Shown: positions 41,050 to 53,248, numbered from the stretch's first letter. The stretch: DNA of 64,000 bases from Rebecca billardiae RCC1528 (GCA_965240325.2 OZ251247.1:868001-932000); one strand, 5' to 3'. The notes: generated by a model from the letters alone, not told the origin. Numbers and translations are program-made.

Positions 41050-42258
41050 ATGGGGGTTGCGCACCGCGCCGCCCTGGCGCTGTGCGTGCTCCGCTCCCGT
41101 GCTGACCGCCGAGCCGCCGCGCGCGCGCGGCGACGTCGCGGGTGGCCTGGACGTCGGCGTCACGCCCTCGCCGTGCGCGGTGCTGTGGCGCGCCGCTCGG
41201 CTCTGTCGCTGCTGCACGGCGAGCACGAGCTGCACGCGGGGGCGAAGCAGTCGGTGTTCGACTTGTTCGAGCCCGAGTGGGCGTGCGAGTCGGAGGAGCG
41301 CCTCGGCGGCCCCGTCTTCCCGCAGCTCGACCCGCCGTACCTCGCGTACGGCGACGGCCCCAAGTGTGTGTGCGCCGTGGACAGGCTGCGCGCGCCCTGC
41401 CTGGTGTACAGCGTGGGCAGCGACGACGACTGCACGTTCGAGGCGGCGGTGCGCAGCCGCACGCCGTGCGAGGTGCACACGTTCGACCGCACGCTCGCGC
41501 GCCGCGGGCTCAGCTTCAGCGGCGCCGCCGTCGCCGCCTTCCACCCGCTCGGGCTGAGCGACCGCGACGGCGCAGACGCGGAGGAGGCGGCGGACGCGCG
41601 CCGGGCAGAGGCGCGCGCGGCCGCGGCGGCGGCGGCGCGGGCGGGTGGTGGTGGCGGTGGTGGTGGCAGCGGCAGCAGTGCTGCGCGGCCAGCCTCCGCC
41701 GGCGCCGCGCCCGCCGCGCCAGCAGGCGCGCGGCGCGGCCTAGAGCCCGGAGTGGCCGAGGCGGAGGGCGGGCCTATGCGCACGCTGCAGTCGATGATGC
41801 GCGCGCTCGGGCACAGCGGCCGCGTGCTCGACGTGCTCAAGGTGGACTGCGAGGGGTGCGAGTGGCGCGCGCTGCCGCCCGTGCTGCGCGCCATCCGCGA
41901 CGGCCGGCTGCGCGTCGGCCAGCTGCTCGTGGAGCTGCACATGCAGTGGGAGGCGGGCATCTACGGCCGCCCCAAGTACGCGCGCGCGCTGCGCAACGCG
42001 AGCGCGCTCTGGGTCGGGGCGGACGGCGCGCGGCTGCGCGCGTTCCACAAGGAGCGCAACGGCTGGGGCTGCGGCGGCTGGCGCTGCGCCGAGTACGCCT
42101 TTGTGCACGAGGCGCACGCGTGCAGGGCGTTCGTCTCCACGCACTGCCCGGGGCGCCGCGCCGAGGCGGAGGTGTGCGGCGGCGCCGGCGCCGCCGCCGC
42201 GCGCCGATCTGCTCGACGACGTGCGTCCGCCGCTACTCCGCCTGCAAGATTGCTCTGA
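41050..42258 (+). CDS. SAM-dependent methyltransferase, Methyltransf_22/METTL24-like, copy 1
   Basis: FEPEWAC..EERLG, GDGPKCVC, CLVYSVGS...FE, CEVHTFD, LGH.GRVLDVLKVDCEGCEW, QLLVELH, FHKERN, CAEYAFV. Confidence 0.8.
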   Translation: MGVAHRAALALCVLRSRADRRAAARARRRRGWPGRRRHALAVRGAVARRSALSLLHGEHELHAGAKQSVFDLFEPEWACESEERLGGPVFPQLDPPYLAYGDGPKCVCAVDRLRAPCLVYSVGSDDDCTFEAAVRSRTPCEVHTFDRTLARRGLSFSGAAVAAFHPLGLSDRDGADAEEAADARRAEARAAAAAAARAGGGGGGGGSGSSAARPASAGAAPAAPAGARRGLEPGVAEAEGGPMRTLQSMMRALGHSGRVLDVLKVDCEGCEWRALPPVLRAIRDGRLRVGQLLVELHMQWEAGIYGRPKYARALRNASALWVGADGARLRAFHKERNGWGCGGWRCAEYAFVHEAHACRAFVSTHCPGRRAEAEVCGGAGAAAARRSARRRASAATPPARLL

Positions 42259-43556
42259 TGGGCGGCCTAGTAGTAGTGCCCCGCCGTGAGTCCGCGGCAC
42301 GGCCGCGGCCGCCCTGGTAGCCGTTCCCGTGCTGAGTAGTAGCTAAGTCCCGCGCGGCGCACGCGCGCGTCGTAACGGTCATGTCGCGTCTTCGCGCGGG
42401 CCAAATCACGGGCTGCGTGAATGAGTGGCGGTTCGAGCGAGCAGCTAATGAGCAGCCAGTAGTCGCGTCGTCGTAGTTGCTGCTGCGCCGCGGCTTGACG
42501 ATAACAACACGTGACGCGCGCTATATCGTCGCTGGCGCGCAGTGTTCGCAGCCGCCACCTTGTTGACGCGATGCGACTACTACGATATTGTGCGCGGCAT
42601 CGTCAGCACTCCCGATGTTCAAACAACGCGCGGTCGAAGACGCGGCACGAGAAGCGCGCGCGACCTGGCCAGCGTGTGCGGACGACGTCCCGCGGCCGGG
42701 CGAGGCGCCTCGGAGTTAGTAATACAGTACAGACCACAGCGTCGTGCGCCACCGCCGTGGCGACCCACCATCGGGCGCTCATGCTCGTCGGCCTACGAGC
42801 CGCCTCCGGCCGCGAGGGTCGCCGCCGCCCGCGAGACGGTAACGCCCTGCTGCTCACTGCGCGCACAAACTAGCGTACATCGCACCGCAATATGGGGGTA
42901 TGTATCGGCCACAACCGCCCGACACGCCGCCCGCCTCGTCCCGCCCGCCCCGTCCCGTGCGCCCGCGCGTGCCGCGTGCGCGCAGCCCGCTTGCAGACGA
43001 GCCGCCGTCACCGCGGCGATGCGCGTGGCGCGACACGGCCGGGCTGCTGCTGGGGCTGCGCGCCCGGCGCGATGCGGCTGCCGGCCGAGCCGAGCCGAGC
43101 GCCGCGCCTCGCCGACTCCGCGGCGATTGGCGGCGGTGGCGGCGGTGGCGCGTGCGCGCCGCCCGCGCCCGCGCGCGTGTTGGCAGTGGGTGCATAGGAC
43201 GCCGAAGTCCGAACGAGTCGGGCGGTCGCGCTCAACAGCGTCCCAGAAGATCGATCCGATACTGTTACAAGGGGGCACTGTTATCATACCTCTCAGAGAG
43301 CGGATCACGACAGGTACGCAAATGAATGGTGATCAATTGATGATCGACGAGCACAAATTGTACCGTCTACTACTGGTAGTAGTATGTAGGTATGCAAATG
43401 GGTGAAGTGGTTGAAACGCCAAAGTCATTAACTATTCATTATGTGGTCATTATGGTCAGCTCGATCGAACGAGCACGTACGTGGCCGATCACACGCGCTC
43501 ATCTTTTTCCAGGCGGCGCCGCCATCAATCACGCGCGCTACCCCACCCGCCCGAGC

Positions 43557-46500
43557 ATGTGGCTCTACTGCGGCAAGAACCCCTGCGGCACGCAAGCCGG
43601 CGTGCGCTCCAGTGACGAGGAGAAGCGTGGCGACGACGGCGCGCCCGAGGCACCGCCCGATGCCCACGCCACGCTGCTCCAAGAGGGCGCCGAGCCGAGC
43701 GACGCGGCCGCGGGCGGCGACGACGCGCCGCCCGCGCCGTGGCGGCGGGTGCGCGAGCGGCTCGCGGGCTGGGGCGCGGGGCGGTGGCTGCTCGTCGTCG
43801 GCGCCGCGTGCGGTGCTGTCCTCATCACCGGCGCAGCGTACCACTGGCGGCACCACATCAAGGGCTCGCTCGGCCTGCTGCAGCAGCGAGGGACGGCGGA
43901 CGTGCCCGAGGACGCGCGCTGCCTCGCGCGCGTGGGGCGGCAGGACGGGCAGTGGCTCATGGCGCCGGGCTCGACGGTCGAGCATGCTGCGCGCTGGGCC
44001 TTTGTGTTGGACGCGTCCATCCTCGTCCTCGCCGTCGCCGCGCTGCTGCTGCTGCGCGCGTGGAAGAGCCCGGATGCGGCAGCGTCCACGGCGAAGAGCC
44101 TCTTCTCTGCGGCCATGTCCGCGTTCGACCTGTTCACAGACGCGCTGCTCGCGTCGCAGTGGTGGCGGTGCGCGCACCAGCTTTGGGCGGGCCTCGCCTT
44201 CGTCTTCACCGCCGCGGGCGCGCTGCCCACGCTCCAAGTCGCGCGCGCCGCGGCAGAGGTGGCCGCGCTGCCGCCCGATGCTCACGAGTATGACCGCAGA
44301 CGGGCGGAAGGGAAGCTGCGCGACGCGAAGGCGCTCGAGGCGACGGTGGAGAGCGCGCCGCAGACGTACCTGCAGGGGTACGCGATGCTGCGCATCGGAG
44401 CCGCGCACGCCACGCCGCTGGCGCTCGCCTCGCTGCTCTTCTCCGCCTCGATGATTGGCCACCACACGTACGTGTACACCATCAGCAGCGTGGCTTTTTT
44501 TGAAGGTCGGCCCATGGTGCAGTGGTGGAGCGTGGCCGTGCCCGTGGTCGGCTGGAAGGTGGGCGTGGACGACCTGGCGTGCCGCGTGGGCACTGTAGCG
44601 TCCGTGCTGTGCCGCGCGCTGACGCACGGCCTCTTCGCCTGCGCGTTCCACAGCTGGCTGCTGGCGGCGCTCTCGGCGGCGGCGCTCGCGCTGGTGGCCT
44701 CCGTGCGCTACAGCGGCCACCTCGAGGTCACTGGTGCACTCGAGCGCAAAGGGCAGCTGGCGGCCTGGCGGAGCGCGGCGTGGGAGGCGGGCATCGTGTA
44801 CGCCGCCGTCGGCATGGTCGACCTGAGCTTGACGGGGTGGCCTGCACGCACGGCGCCCACCCACGTCCTGCTCGGCTGCGCGGAGGCCGCGCTGGCGGGG
44901 GCCGCGCTGCGCTGGCCGTCCGAGTGGCGCGAGGCGCAGAGCGCGCCGGCGCTCGCAGCACTCGCGTGGGCGTGGGGCTGCGCGTGGGTGGTGCACAAGG
45001 CCGTCGTCGTGCGCCTGCTGCAGCTCAAGGCCGCCCCGGTGGGCGTCGACCTCAGGTGTGCGCGCGCGCGCGTGGCGGCGTGGCGGCGGCTGCGGCGGGC
45101 TCGGGCGCGCGCGCTGCGGCGGGCGGGCGGCGCGGCCGCGGGGCGCTGTGGCAGCGGCGCGGGCGGCGCGCGCGCGCGTGCACGGGCGGGCACGCGCCGC
45201 ACGCGCGCGCCCGACACCCACTCACGCCCGCGCCGCGCGCCCGTCCCTCCCGCCACGCCTCCCGCAGTCGCAACGGGATCGGCGCCGCTGGCGCCACTGC
45301 CATCGCGGACGCCGTGCGCCACAGCCGCTCCCTGCAGACGCTCATCCTCTAGTACGTGTGCACGCGCGCGGGGGCGGGCTCGGGGGTGGCGCGGAGGGGT
45401 GGGGGTGGGTGAGCGGACGCCAGCCGGGGCATGCGCTGAGGAAGCATGTCGAGCGCGGCGCGCCGCGCGAGCGCGCTGCGCGCCCTCGCGCGGTGATGTC
45501 CGAGCGTGCGCCGCGCGCGCGGCCGCGTCGGCGGGCTCGGGCGCGCGCGCTGCGGCGGGCGGGCGGCGCGGCCGCGGGGCGCTGTGGCAGCGGCGCGTGC
45601 GGCGCGCGTGCACGGGTGGGCACACGCCGCGCGCGCGCGCTCGACACCCACTCACGCCCGCGCCGCGCGCCCGCCCCTCCCGCCGCGCCTCCCGCAGTGA
45701 CAACCAGATCGGCAACGCTGGCGCCACCGCCATCGCGGACGCCGTGCGCCACAGCCGCTCCCTGCAGGAGCTTGAGCTCAGGTACGTGTGCACGCGCGCG
45801 GGGGTGGGCGCGGGGGTGGCGCGGAGGGGTGGGGGTGGGTGAGCGGGTGCCAGCCGGAGCATGCGCTGCGGAGCGGAAGCATGTCGAGCGCGGCGCGCCG
45901 CGCGCGCGCGCGCCGCGCGCCCTCGCGCGGCGATGTCCGAGCGCGCGCCGCGCGCGCGGCCGCGTCGGCGGGCTCGGGCGCGCGCGCGGCGGCGGACGCG
46001 CGCGCGGCGGCGGGCGGGCGGCGCGGCCGTGGGGCGCTGTGGCAGCGGCGCGTGCGGCGCGCGTGCACGGGTGGGCACACGCCGCGCGCGCGCGCTCGAC
46101 ACCCACTCACGCCCGCGCCGCGCGCCCGCCCCTCCCGCCGCGCCTCCCGCAGTGAGAACGAGATCGGCGACGCTGGCGCCACCGCCATCGCGGACGCCGT
46201 GCGCCACAGCCGCTCCCTGCAGATGCTCTACCTCCGGTACGTGTGCACGCGCGCGGGGGCGGGCGCGGGGGTGGCGCGGAGGGGCGGGGCTGGGTCGGTG
46301 GGTGCCAGCCGGAGCATGCGCTGCGGAGCGGAAGCATGTCGAGCGCGGCGCGCCGCGCGCGCGCGCGCCGCGGCCCTCGCGCGGCGATGTCCGAGCGTGC
46401 GCCGCGCGCGCGGCCGCGTCGGCGGGCTCGGGCGCGCGCGCGGCGGCGGGCGCGCGCGCGGCGGCGGGCGGGCGGCGCGGCCGTGGGGCGCTGTGGCAGC

Positions 46501-47579
46501 GGCGCGTGCGGCGCGCGTGCACGGGTGGGCACACGCCGCGCGCGCGCGCTCGACACCCACTCACGCCCGCGCCGCGCACCCGCCCCTCCCACCGCGCCTC
46601 CCGCAGTGACAACCAGATCGGCGACGCTGGCGCCACTGCCATCGCGGACGCCGTGCGCCACAGCCGCTCCCTGCAGAAGCTCTGGCTCAAGTACGTGTGC
46701 ACGCGCGCGGGGGCGGGCGCGGGGGTGGCGCGGAGGGGCGGGGGTGGGTGGGTGGGCGCCAGCTGGGGCATGCGCTGCGGAAGCATGTCGAGCGCGGAGC
46801 GCCGCGCGCGCGCGCGCCGCGCGCCCTCGCGCGGTGATGTCCGAGCGCGCGCCGCGCGCGCGGTCGCGGCGGCGGGCTCGGGCGCGCGCGCTGCGGCGGG
46901 CGGCGCGGCCGCGGGGCGCTGTGGCAGCGGCGCGAGCGGCGCGCTCGCGCGTGCTCGGGCGGGCACGCATCGCGCGTGCGCGCTCGACACTCACTCACGC
47001 CCGCGCCGCGCGCCCGCCCCTCCCACCGCGCCTCCCGCAGTACCAACCAGATCGGCGACGCTGGCGCCACCGCCATCGCGGACGCCGTGCGCCACAGCCG
47101 CTCCCTGCAGGAGCTCAACCTCAAGTACGTGTGCACGCGCGCGGGGGCGGGCGCGGGGGTGGCGCGGAGGGGCGCGGCTGGGTGGGTGGGCGCCAGCTGG
47201 GGCATGCGCTGCGGAAGCATGTCGAGCGCGGCGCGCCGCGCGCGCGCGCGCCGCGCGCCCTCGCGCGGTGATGTCCGAGCGCGCGCCGCGCGCGCGGCCG
47301 CGTCGGCGGGCTCGGGCGCGCGCGCTGCGGCGGGCGGGCGGCGCGGCCGCGGGGCGCGGTGGCATCGGCGCGTGCGGCTTGCTCGCGCGTGCTCGGGCGG
47401 GCACGCACCGCGCGCGCGCGCTCTGCCCTTGCTCACGCTTCAGCCGCGCGTCTGACACCCGCCCCCGTCTGCGCGCCTCCCGCAGTCACAATGACATCAG
47501 CGAGGCGGGCGAGAAGGCGGTGCGCGAGGCGTGGGAGCAGAGCGGCAAGGACGCTGGCAAGCTGTTTCTGTATGTGTAA
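43557..47579 (+). CDS. XK-related membrane protein + LRR, paralog 2; exons 43557-45055, 45268-45351, 45698-45781, 46153-46236, 46607-46690, 47041-47124, 47486-47579
   Basis: Same XK motifs and five 84-bp LRR exons. The junction CTC TA|GT would read TAG unspliced but TAT after splicing, which supports the intron model. Confidence 0.8.
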
Positions 47580-48929
47580 TGCGAGTGCAGCGCCGGTGCT
47601 GCCGAGAGGCGATGGGCCGGGAGACTGCATGCGTCGGCAGGGCGTGGGACGAGCACCGGCCCACCCGCGCTGCGCTGGCGCTGCTCGGGCAATGGCAGTG
47701 CACGCAGTCGTCGGTGATGCGGGCACCGCGCGGCGCCGTGGGCGGCGCCGCCCAACCGACGAGCGCTCGCGCGCCGCACGGCGGCAGTGACGACGGCCGG
47801 CATTGTTCGAGCGCGGCGGGCGTAGACGGCGCGGGCGCAGGTCGGCGCGCACAAGTGGAGGCGTCGTTTCCCATTCGATCGGCGTGGCGCCGTGCGCAGT
47901 GCTCGCCTCCGGCTTCCGACTCGACTCGACTCGGCCCAGCGCGCCGCGGGCTCGGCCGGCGCCGCGGCGCGGCGCGCGGTATTGGCCGAGCTCGCGCGCC
48001 GCACGGCTACGGTGACGACGGGCTCGGCGGAAAGCGGGTGTCGTCAGCGTAGGCGAAGCTCTGCGCGCGCACGGGTGGAGGCGTTTCGACCAGGTCACAT
48101 GGCGTGGAGCCGTGCTCGCTCGCCGGCTTCGGACTCGACTCGGCCGGTCGGCGCTCAGTCAGCAGCGCGTGGCGCGTGGTCCCGCAGAAGAGGCCGCGCG
48201 TGGCCGCTGCAGCTCGGCGCAGTGCTGATGTGAGGCGCCGCAGCTGCTTGGATTATATTCGCGTTCATCAATATACAGTGGGCTGGTCCCACTGGCGGAG
48301 CAGAAATTCAAAACTATCTGACGATCGGCGCGGTCTCAGCGACTCGATCGGCGGAACAAACGGGGTGCGACACGGACTAGCGCCGGCGGGGCCGGAGTAT
48401 GCGCCGGCGTCTGCCAAGCTCACCAGCGCGACTTCACGGCATCAAAGCGCGCGGACGAAAATCAGCGCTCTCCGAGAGGGCCCAGGGCCTGCGCGGGGTC
48501 GCGGTCACGGCGCCGGGCGCGGGGATGCTGTCAGCTTCCGAGCCCGTACAGCTCGTCGCGCGCGCTCGGGGTGCGCGAGGTGACGCGGTACGACGGTGGC
48601 GTGGACCACCAGTCGCACGCCTCAGCTGCGTCGTCAGCGTGTACAGCCCACCGCTGCCACTAGCGCCAATGTGAATGGCACTGCTCGGAACAGCTCGATG
48701 CGTCGCGCGTCGTCGTTTGCGTCGACTAGTCGCTCGGCCGGAGGTGCAGCTGACGCGCTCGCCTAAGCAGCACCGCAGACCCCACTCGATGGTGTGCGCG
48801 GCGTGAAGTTCACATCACCGAACGTCTTCTTGTGGCGAGATATGCGCACCGCCCGCCGCAGCGCCCGCCGCTGCCGAGCCGGCCGCCGCTGCGGCCGCCG
48901 CGCCGGCTGCAGCCGCCGCGACCGCCGTC

Positions 48930-49400
48930 GCTGCGCCATCAGCCGGCCCGGTGCTGCCGCACTCGCCGGGCGACCCCTCGAAGATGCGCGCAGCGTGACG
49001 TGCGCGGCGAGTAACTCCTCGTCGCGAGATGCGCTCCACCCGCCGTCGCGGCCGCCGCCGCGGCGTCCGCCGCCGCGGCGTCTGCCACCGCGCCGCCCCG
49101 GCTACAGTGCCGCGCCAGCGCAGGCGCAGCGCCCGACCGCTGCGGCGCCCGGCCGGCTGTCACGCCCGCATTCAGCAGGCCCGGTGCTGCCGCGCTCGCC
49201 GGGCGACGAATCGATATCGCGCGCGGCGTGACGTGCGAGCCGAGTGACTCCTCGTCGCGAGATGCGCTCTGCCAGCCGCCGCGCCCGCCACCGCTGCTGC
49301 ACTCGCCGCCGCGCCCGGATGCCACCGCGCCCGCCCGACCGTCACGCCCGCCGTCAGCAGGCCCGATGCTGCCACGCTGGCCGGGCGCCGCGGTGGTCGC
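48930..49400. repeat. Degenerate ~230-bp tandem repeat (2-3 units)
   Basis: GCCCGGTGCTGCCGC.CTCGCCGGGCGAC and CTCCTCGTCGCGAGATGCGCTC each occur twice ~235 bp apart. Confidence 0.55.
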
Positions 49401-51276
49401 GGCGTTCGATGCCGTCGCAGACGGCGTGCGAAGCGCGGCGTCGGTACCCACCCACCCTGCTGCACGATGTTGCCGCGCTGCAACCTCAGCTTGATCGCTG
49501 ACTCCACGCCAAGCCAGCTCGCGAAGAGACAGCCCATCCGCACAGTGGCAGTCTTCGCCCAGGAGCGCCGTATGCGTAGCGGTGGGTGCGGAACGCGGCG
49601 CTCGACTCCTCCTCGGCGTCTGAGTCCTGCATCTGCTCCTGCACCAGCCCCTCCCATTCTGCGCGCGGGCGCGGAGTCGGTGGCCGCGCCGCACGAGGTC
49701 GACGCGAGGGGCGCCGCAGCAGATGTCAGGTATGGTGACCGCGCTTCCGGCGGGCGTTTTCAAGCGGAACTTCTGGAACGCGTTGCTCACTGAAACTCGT
49801 GCGGAACCACCGTGCCCGATTTTGCACCCCGCGGACGCACGGTCGGCGCGCCGCGCGAGCGCGCACCGGCGCGGGCACCGGCTTTAGTGCCTCTGGTCGT
49901 GGTGCCAGTCGCCACGATTCGGCGGCGTCTTGAGCTTGCGCGCGTCCGCAATCGCCCAGGTTCGCCTCACAACTCGTGGTGCTCACTTCCCCGCCGGCTC
50001 ACGCGGCGGACTTGCATTCGCCTCGCGCCACAGCGCCCGCGCCTCCTCGCGGGCACGCTTCGAAGCCGCCGCGCCCGGCCGCCGCCGTCCGCCGCGCAAC
50101 CGCCGAAGCTTCGCCAAAACTCGATCCGGTCCGTTGTTTTGCAGGTCCCCCAGTGAGAGCCGCCCACTGTAAATATACTACTACATCAATATATGGGCCA
50201 GGCCCAGCCGCCATGCTGACGCTTATGACTACTGAAGAGTGATGAAGTGACCGACACTGCGGAGCCGGATGAGCTTGAACTTATTCTGCCATCTCGGGCA
50301 CGAATGACGTGCGGCGTGCGCGCGTGTCGTCTCAGTTGAAGGTCGCAGCTTCGTATATAGTAGTTATTACAGTGACACTGCTCGATCTCGTAGTCATCGC
50401 AGCGACGAAGCAGCCCAGTGCCGCGCCCCGTTTCGATCTCGCTGCGCTGCCATCGACACACGATGACAGTGCGGCCAGCGGTGGTGCGCCCACCCCGGAC
50501 GAGCTGGTGCCGTTCGAAACAGCTCAAGTGCACGACGGCGCACGCAAGCAGCTAGTAAGATGGCGCGGCCGAGCAAGCCGTGTGCAGCTACAGCCTACAG
50601 GACAGCGCAGTGGGCGCGCGCCGCACCACCACTGCTGACGACCGCACCGCATCGCACGCTCCGAGCAGCTCGTCGTCAGCGACGCCGCACGGCAGCGCCC
50701 ACAGAACCGAGTGGCCGCCACGGCTCGTCCGGGGCGACGCGAGCGCCGTCGATTCGCGCCGCGGCACCGAGCTCAGCTGCTCCCGCTGCAGCCGCCGCCG
50801 CCGTGAGACTTCACTAGTGCGACATCTCCAACGACGTGCTGCGCGAGCCGTGCACCCTGAAATGGCGGAGGGGGCCGCGCGCGCCATGCTCGCGCGTGCC
50901 TCCCAGCACAGTACAATGAGGATCTGCACGCAGTGTGCGTGTGCGACTAGTGCTGTGCGCGTGCACGCGCATGGTGCCACACGACACGCTCAATCATCAA
51001 GGACAGCCAGCCGCCGCGAGTAACGCCGCCATCGTTGCTCGGCGGCGGAGAAGTACCAGACAGACTACGTGTGTCCTCGTCTGGTTTTGATGACGATGCT
51101 GAAATAAAAGCCGCCCGGGCGCCTCATCCAAAGTGCCGGAGCCACGGGTTGAAATTGCATGATGATTTACAAGTGCGGCTGGCGATTATCTCCGCCGCCG
51201 CCGCAGGAGCCAGGGACGCAGCGATCCGGTGTGAGTGTGTGACGGTGTGAGGCCGGCCCACACGCGACGAGCGACG

Positions 51277-52050
51277 ATGGCCGTCATCACCAGCGTCAGC
51301 TCGGGGGCGGTGGGCGCCGCTGCGCCCACCGCGCGCCCGCACGCGCGTGCGTGGCGGGGAACGCAGTGGCGGGGGATGCCGCGCCGGGGCAACGTCGGCC
51401 CGCGCCCGGCGCCGTGCGCCGCCTCGGCGCCCGCGCGTCGCCCTGCGGCGGCGCCGCGTGCGCGGCTGCTGCTGCTGCCGCTGCTGCTCGGCGGCGCGAC
51501 GGGCGCGGCGGCGGCTGCGGCGGCCGCAGCGCCGCCACCGACGGGCGCGGCGGGGGCGGACGCGCTGCTGCTCGACGACGTGCACGCGGGCGACTTTGTG
51601 CTCGGCGCCCCCGCCAGCCTCGCCACCGCACGGCCGCCGCCGGCCCCGTCCGCGCGCTGCCTCGCCGCGGTGGCCGCGATGCCGCGCGCGCCCGCCGCCG
51701 ACGGCGGCGGCCCCGGCGCCGGGGGCGACGGGGCGGGGCGCGCGCGCCCCGCGCCGCTGCTCCCGCCCGAGTGCGCGTGGCAGGCGGCCGCGCTGTGGGC
51801 GTTCCCCGCCTCGGGGGTGGGCTGGGTGGGCGCGCTGCTGCAGAGGGCGGCGGGCTGGGCGGTGGGGGTGGCGCCGGGCGCGGGGAGGGGCGCGGGCGCG
51901 GCGGGGCGGCAGGGCGGGCGGACGCGCGGGTGCGAGCACCGCGCGCTCGCCGTCGTCGCCGAGTCCACCGCCACGCCGCACGCGGTGCTGCGCCACTGGG
52001 CGGGCGCCAACAGGGCGCGCGCGCTCACGCACGCGGCGCCGCGCGGGCTG

Positions 52051-52086
<36 letters not shown>

Positions 52087-52704
52087 TGGGCGGAGCTGCC
52101 GCCGGTGCAGCCGCGTTCGGCGCGCAACATCCCGTGGCACGGCGCGCAGTCCGAGGCGCTCGCGCCGCACGGCACCGCGCACGCAGCCATCAGGCGAGCC
52201 GCGCGAGCGCGCCGCGCCGCCGCCGCCGCCTCAGCCGCGCCGCGCCTCGCGCTGCTTCGGCAGCTCAGCAGCGCGCGGCCGCCTGCCAACCGAGCGCGCG
52301 CGTGCCCCTCCGTCCGGACACCCACCCCCCGCGCGCCACGCGCCCCCGCAGCCGCCACCTCGCCGAGTGCAGCGCGTGGCGCCCCGCGCGCGCCCTGCTC
52401 GTGGAGCGCTGTCCGTACGCGGCGATCGGCGCGCTGCTCGGCGCACACGCACACGCGGGGGGCGGCGGCGCGGAGGGCGCGGAGGGCGGGGGGGGGCGGT
52501 GTTGAGGATGCGGCGGCGGGGGGCTCGCTCGAGCCGGTGGACGCGGAGGCGACCGCGCTCGAGCTCGCAGCCGACTACGCGGCCGCGTGGGCGAGGTGGG
52601 TGCGCACCGCCCGCTGCTATGTGCTGCTGCGCTGCTGTGTGGAAGCACTGTCTGTGGCGCGTGGCACTGTCAGCACGGGCCCGCAAAGTGTCGCCTTGCA
52701 GTGA
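51277..52704 (+). CDS. Putative sulfotransferase-like (WSCD-type) protein, possibly frameshifted or spliced
   Basis: Hydrophobic leader RLLLLPLLLGG. ALWAFPASGVGWVGALL resembles the LASFPGSGNTW PAPS loop. ALLVERCPYAAI lies in another frame; LAADYAAAWARW follows. Gene model uncertain. Confidence 0.35.
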
Positions 52705-52720
52705 GTTGCGCGGCCCCGCG

Positions 52721-53248
52721 TTACAAGAGCTCGGCGGCATCCGCCTTGGGCTCTGCGCGCGACGCGCCGTCCTGCCGAATCCCACCGCCACCGCCGTCCG
52801 AATCCGCCGCGCCACGCGGGCTGCCGGCGGCGCCGACGAGCGCGCAGCACAGCGCGCCGAGCAGCGCGAGCGAGCCGCCGCACAGCCGCTCGAGCCAGGT
52901 GGCGGCGAGCAGGTTGGCGGCGAAGCTGAGCGCCATGGGCAGCGCGCCGGCCCACGTCGCGGCGGTGAGCGCCGGGCTCCGCACCCCGTCGCGCAGCGCC
53001 ACGCCCTTGCTGTACACGCCCAGCGCGAGCGCGAGCATCACGGGCACGAAGAGGGCGGCGAGCACGCGCAGCGCCCACGGCGAGCGGCCCGTGCGCGGGT
53101 CGTAGTGGCGGCCGCCGTAGGTGACGCGTCCGAGGGGCACGCCGGACGCGATGGCGACCTGGAGGAGGGCCATCCGCCCGAAGATCGCCGCCGCCGCGCG
53201 CGCGCAGGCGAGCACCACCGACGGCGGCAGCGGGCACGGCGACGACAT
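52721..53248 (-). CDS. Small integral membrane protein (~175 aa)
   Basis: Four hydrophobic segments; motifs LQVAIASGVPLGRVTYGG, LRVLAA, ANLLAATWLER. Confidence 0.55.
   Translation of the reverse strand: MSSPCPLPPSVVLACARAAAAIFGRMALLQVAIASGVPLGRVTYGGRHYDPRTGRSPWALRVLAALFVPVMLALALGVYSKGVALRDGVRSPALTAATWAGALPMALSFAANLLAATWLERLCGGSLALLGALCCALVGAAGSPRGAADSDGGGGGIRQDGASRAEPKADAAELL

Noticed and set aside
36995-47124. Diversity-generating retroelement (adenine mutagenesis) as the cause of LRR variation
   Set aside because: Variable codons fit NNC/NNG, but that also follows from GC3 bias plus selection. Other adenines in the cassette are invariant, and no template repeat or DGR RT is visible.
47750-51250. 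Protein-coding gene or TE between XK-LRR2 and the sulfotransferase-like ORF
   Set aside because: No convincing domain, splice model or termini.
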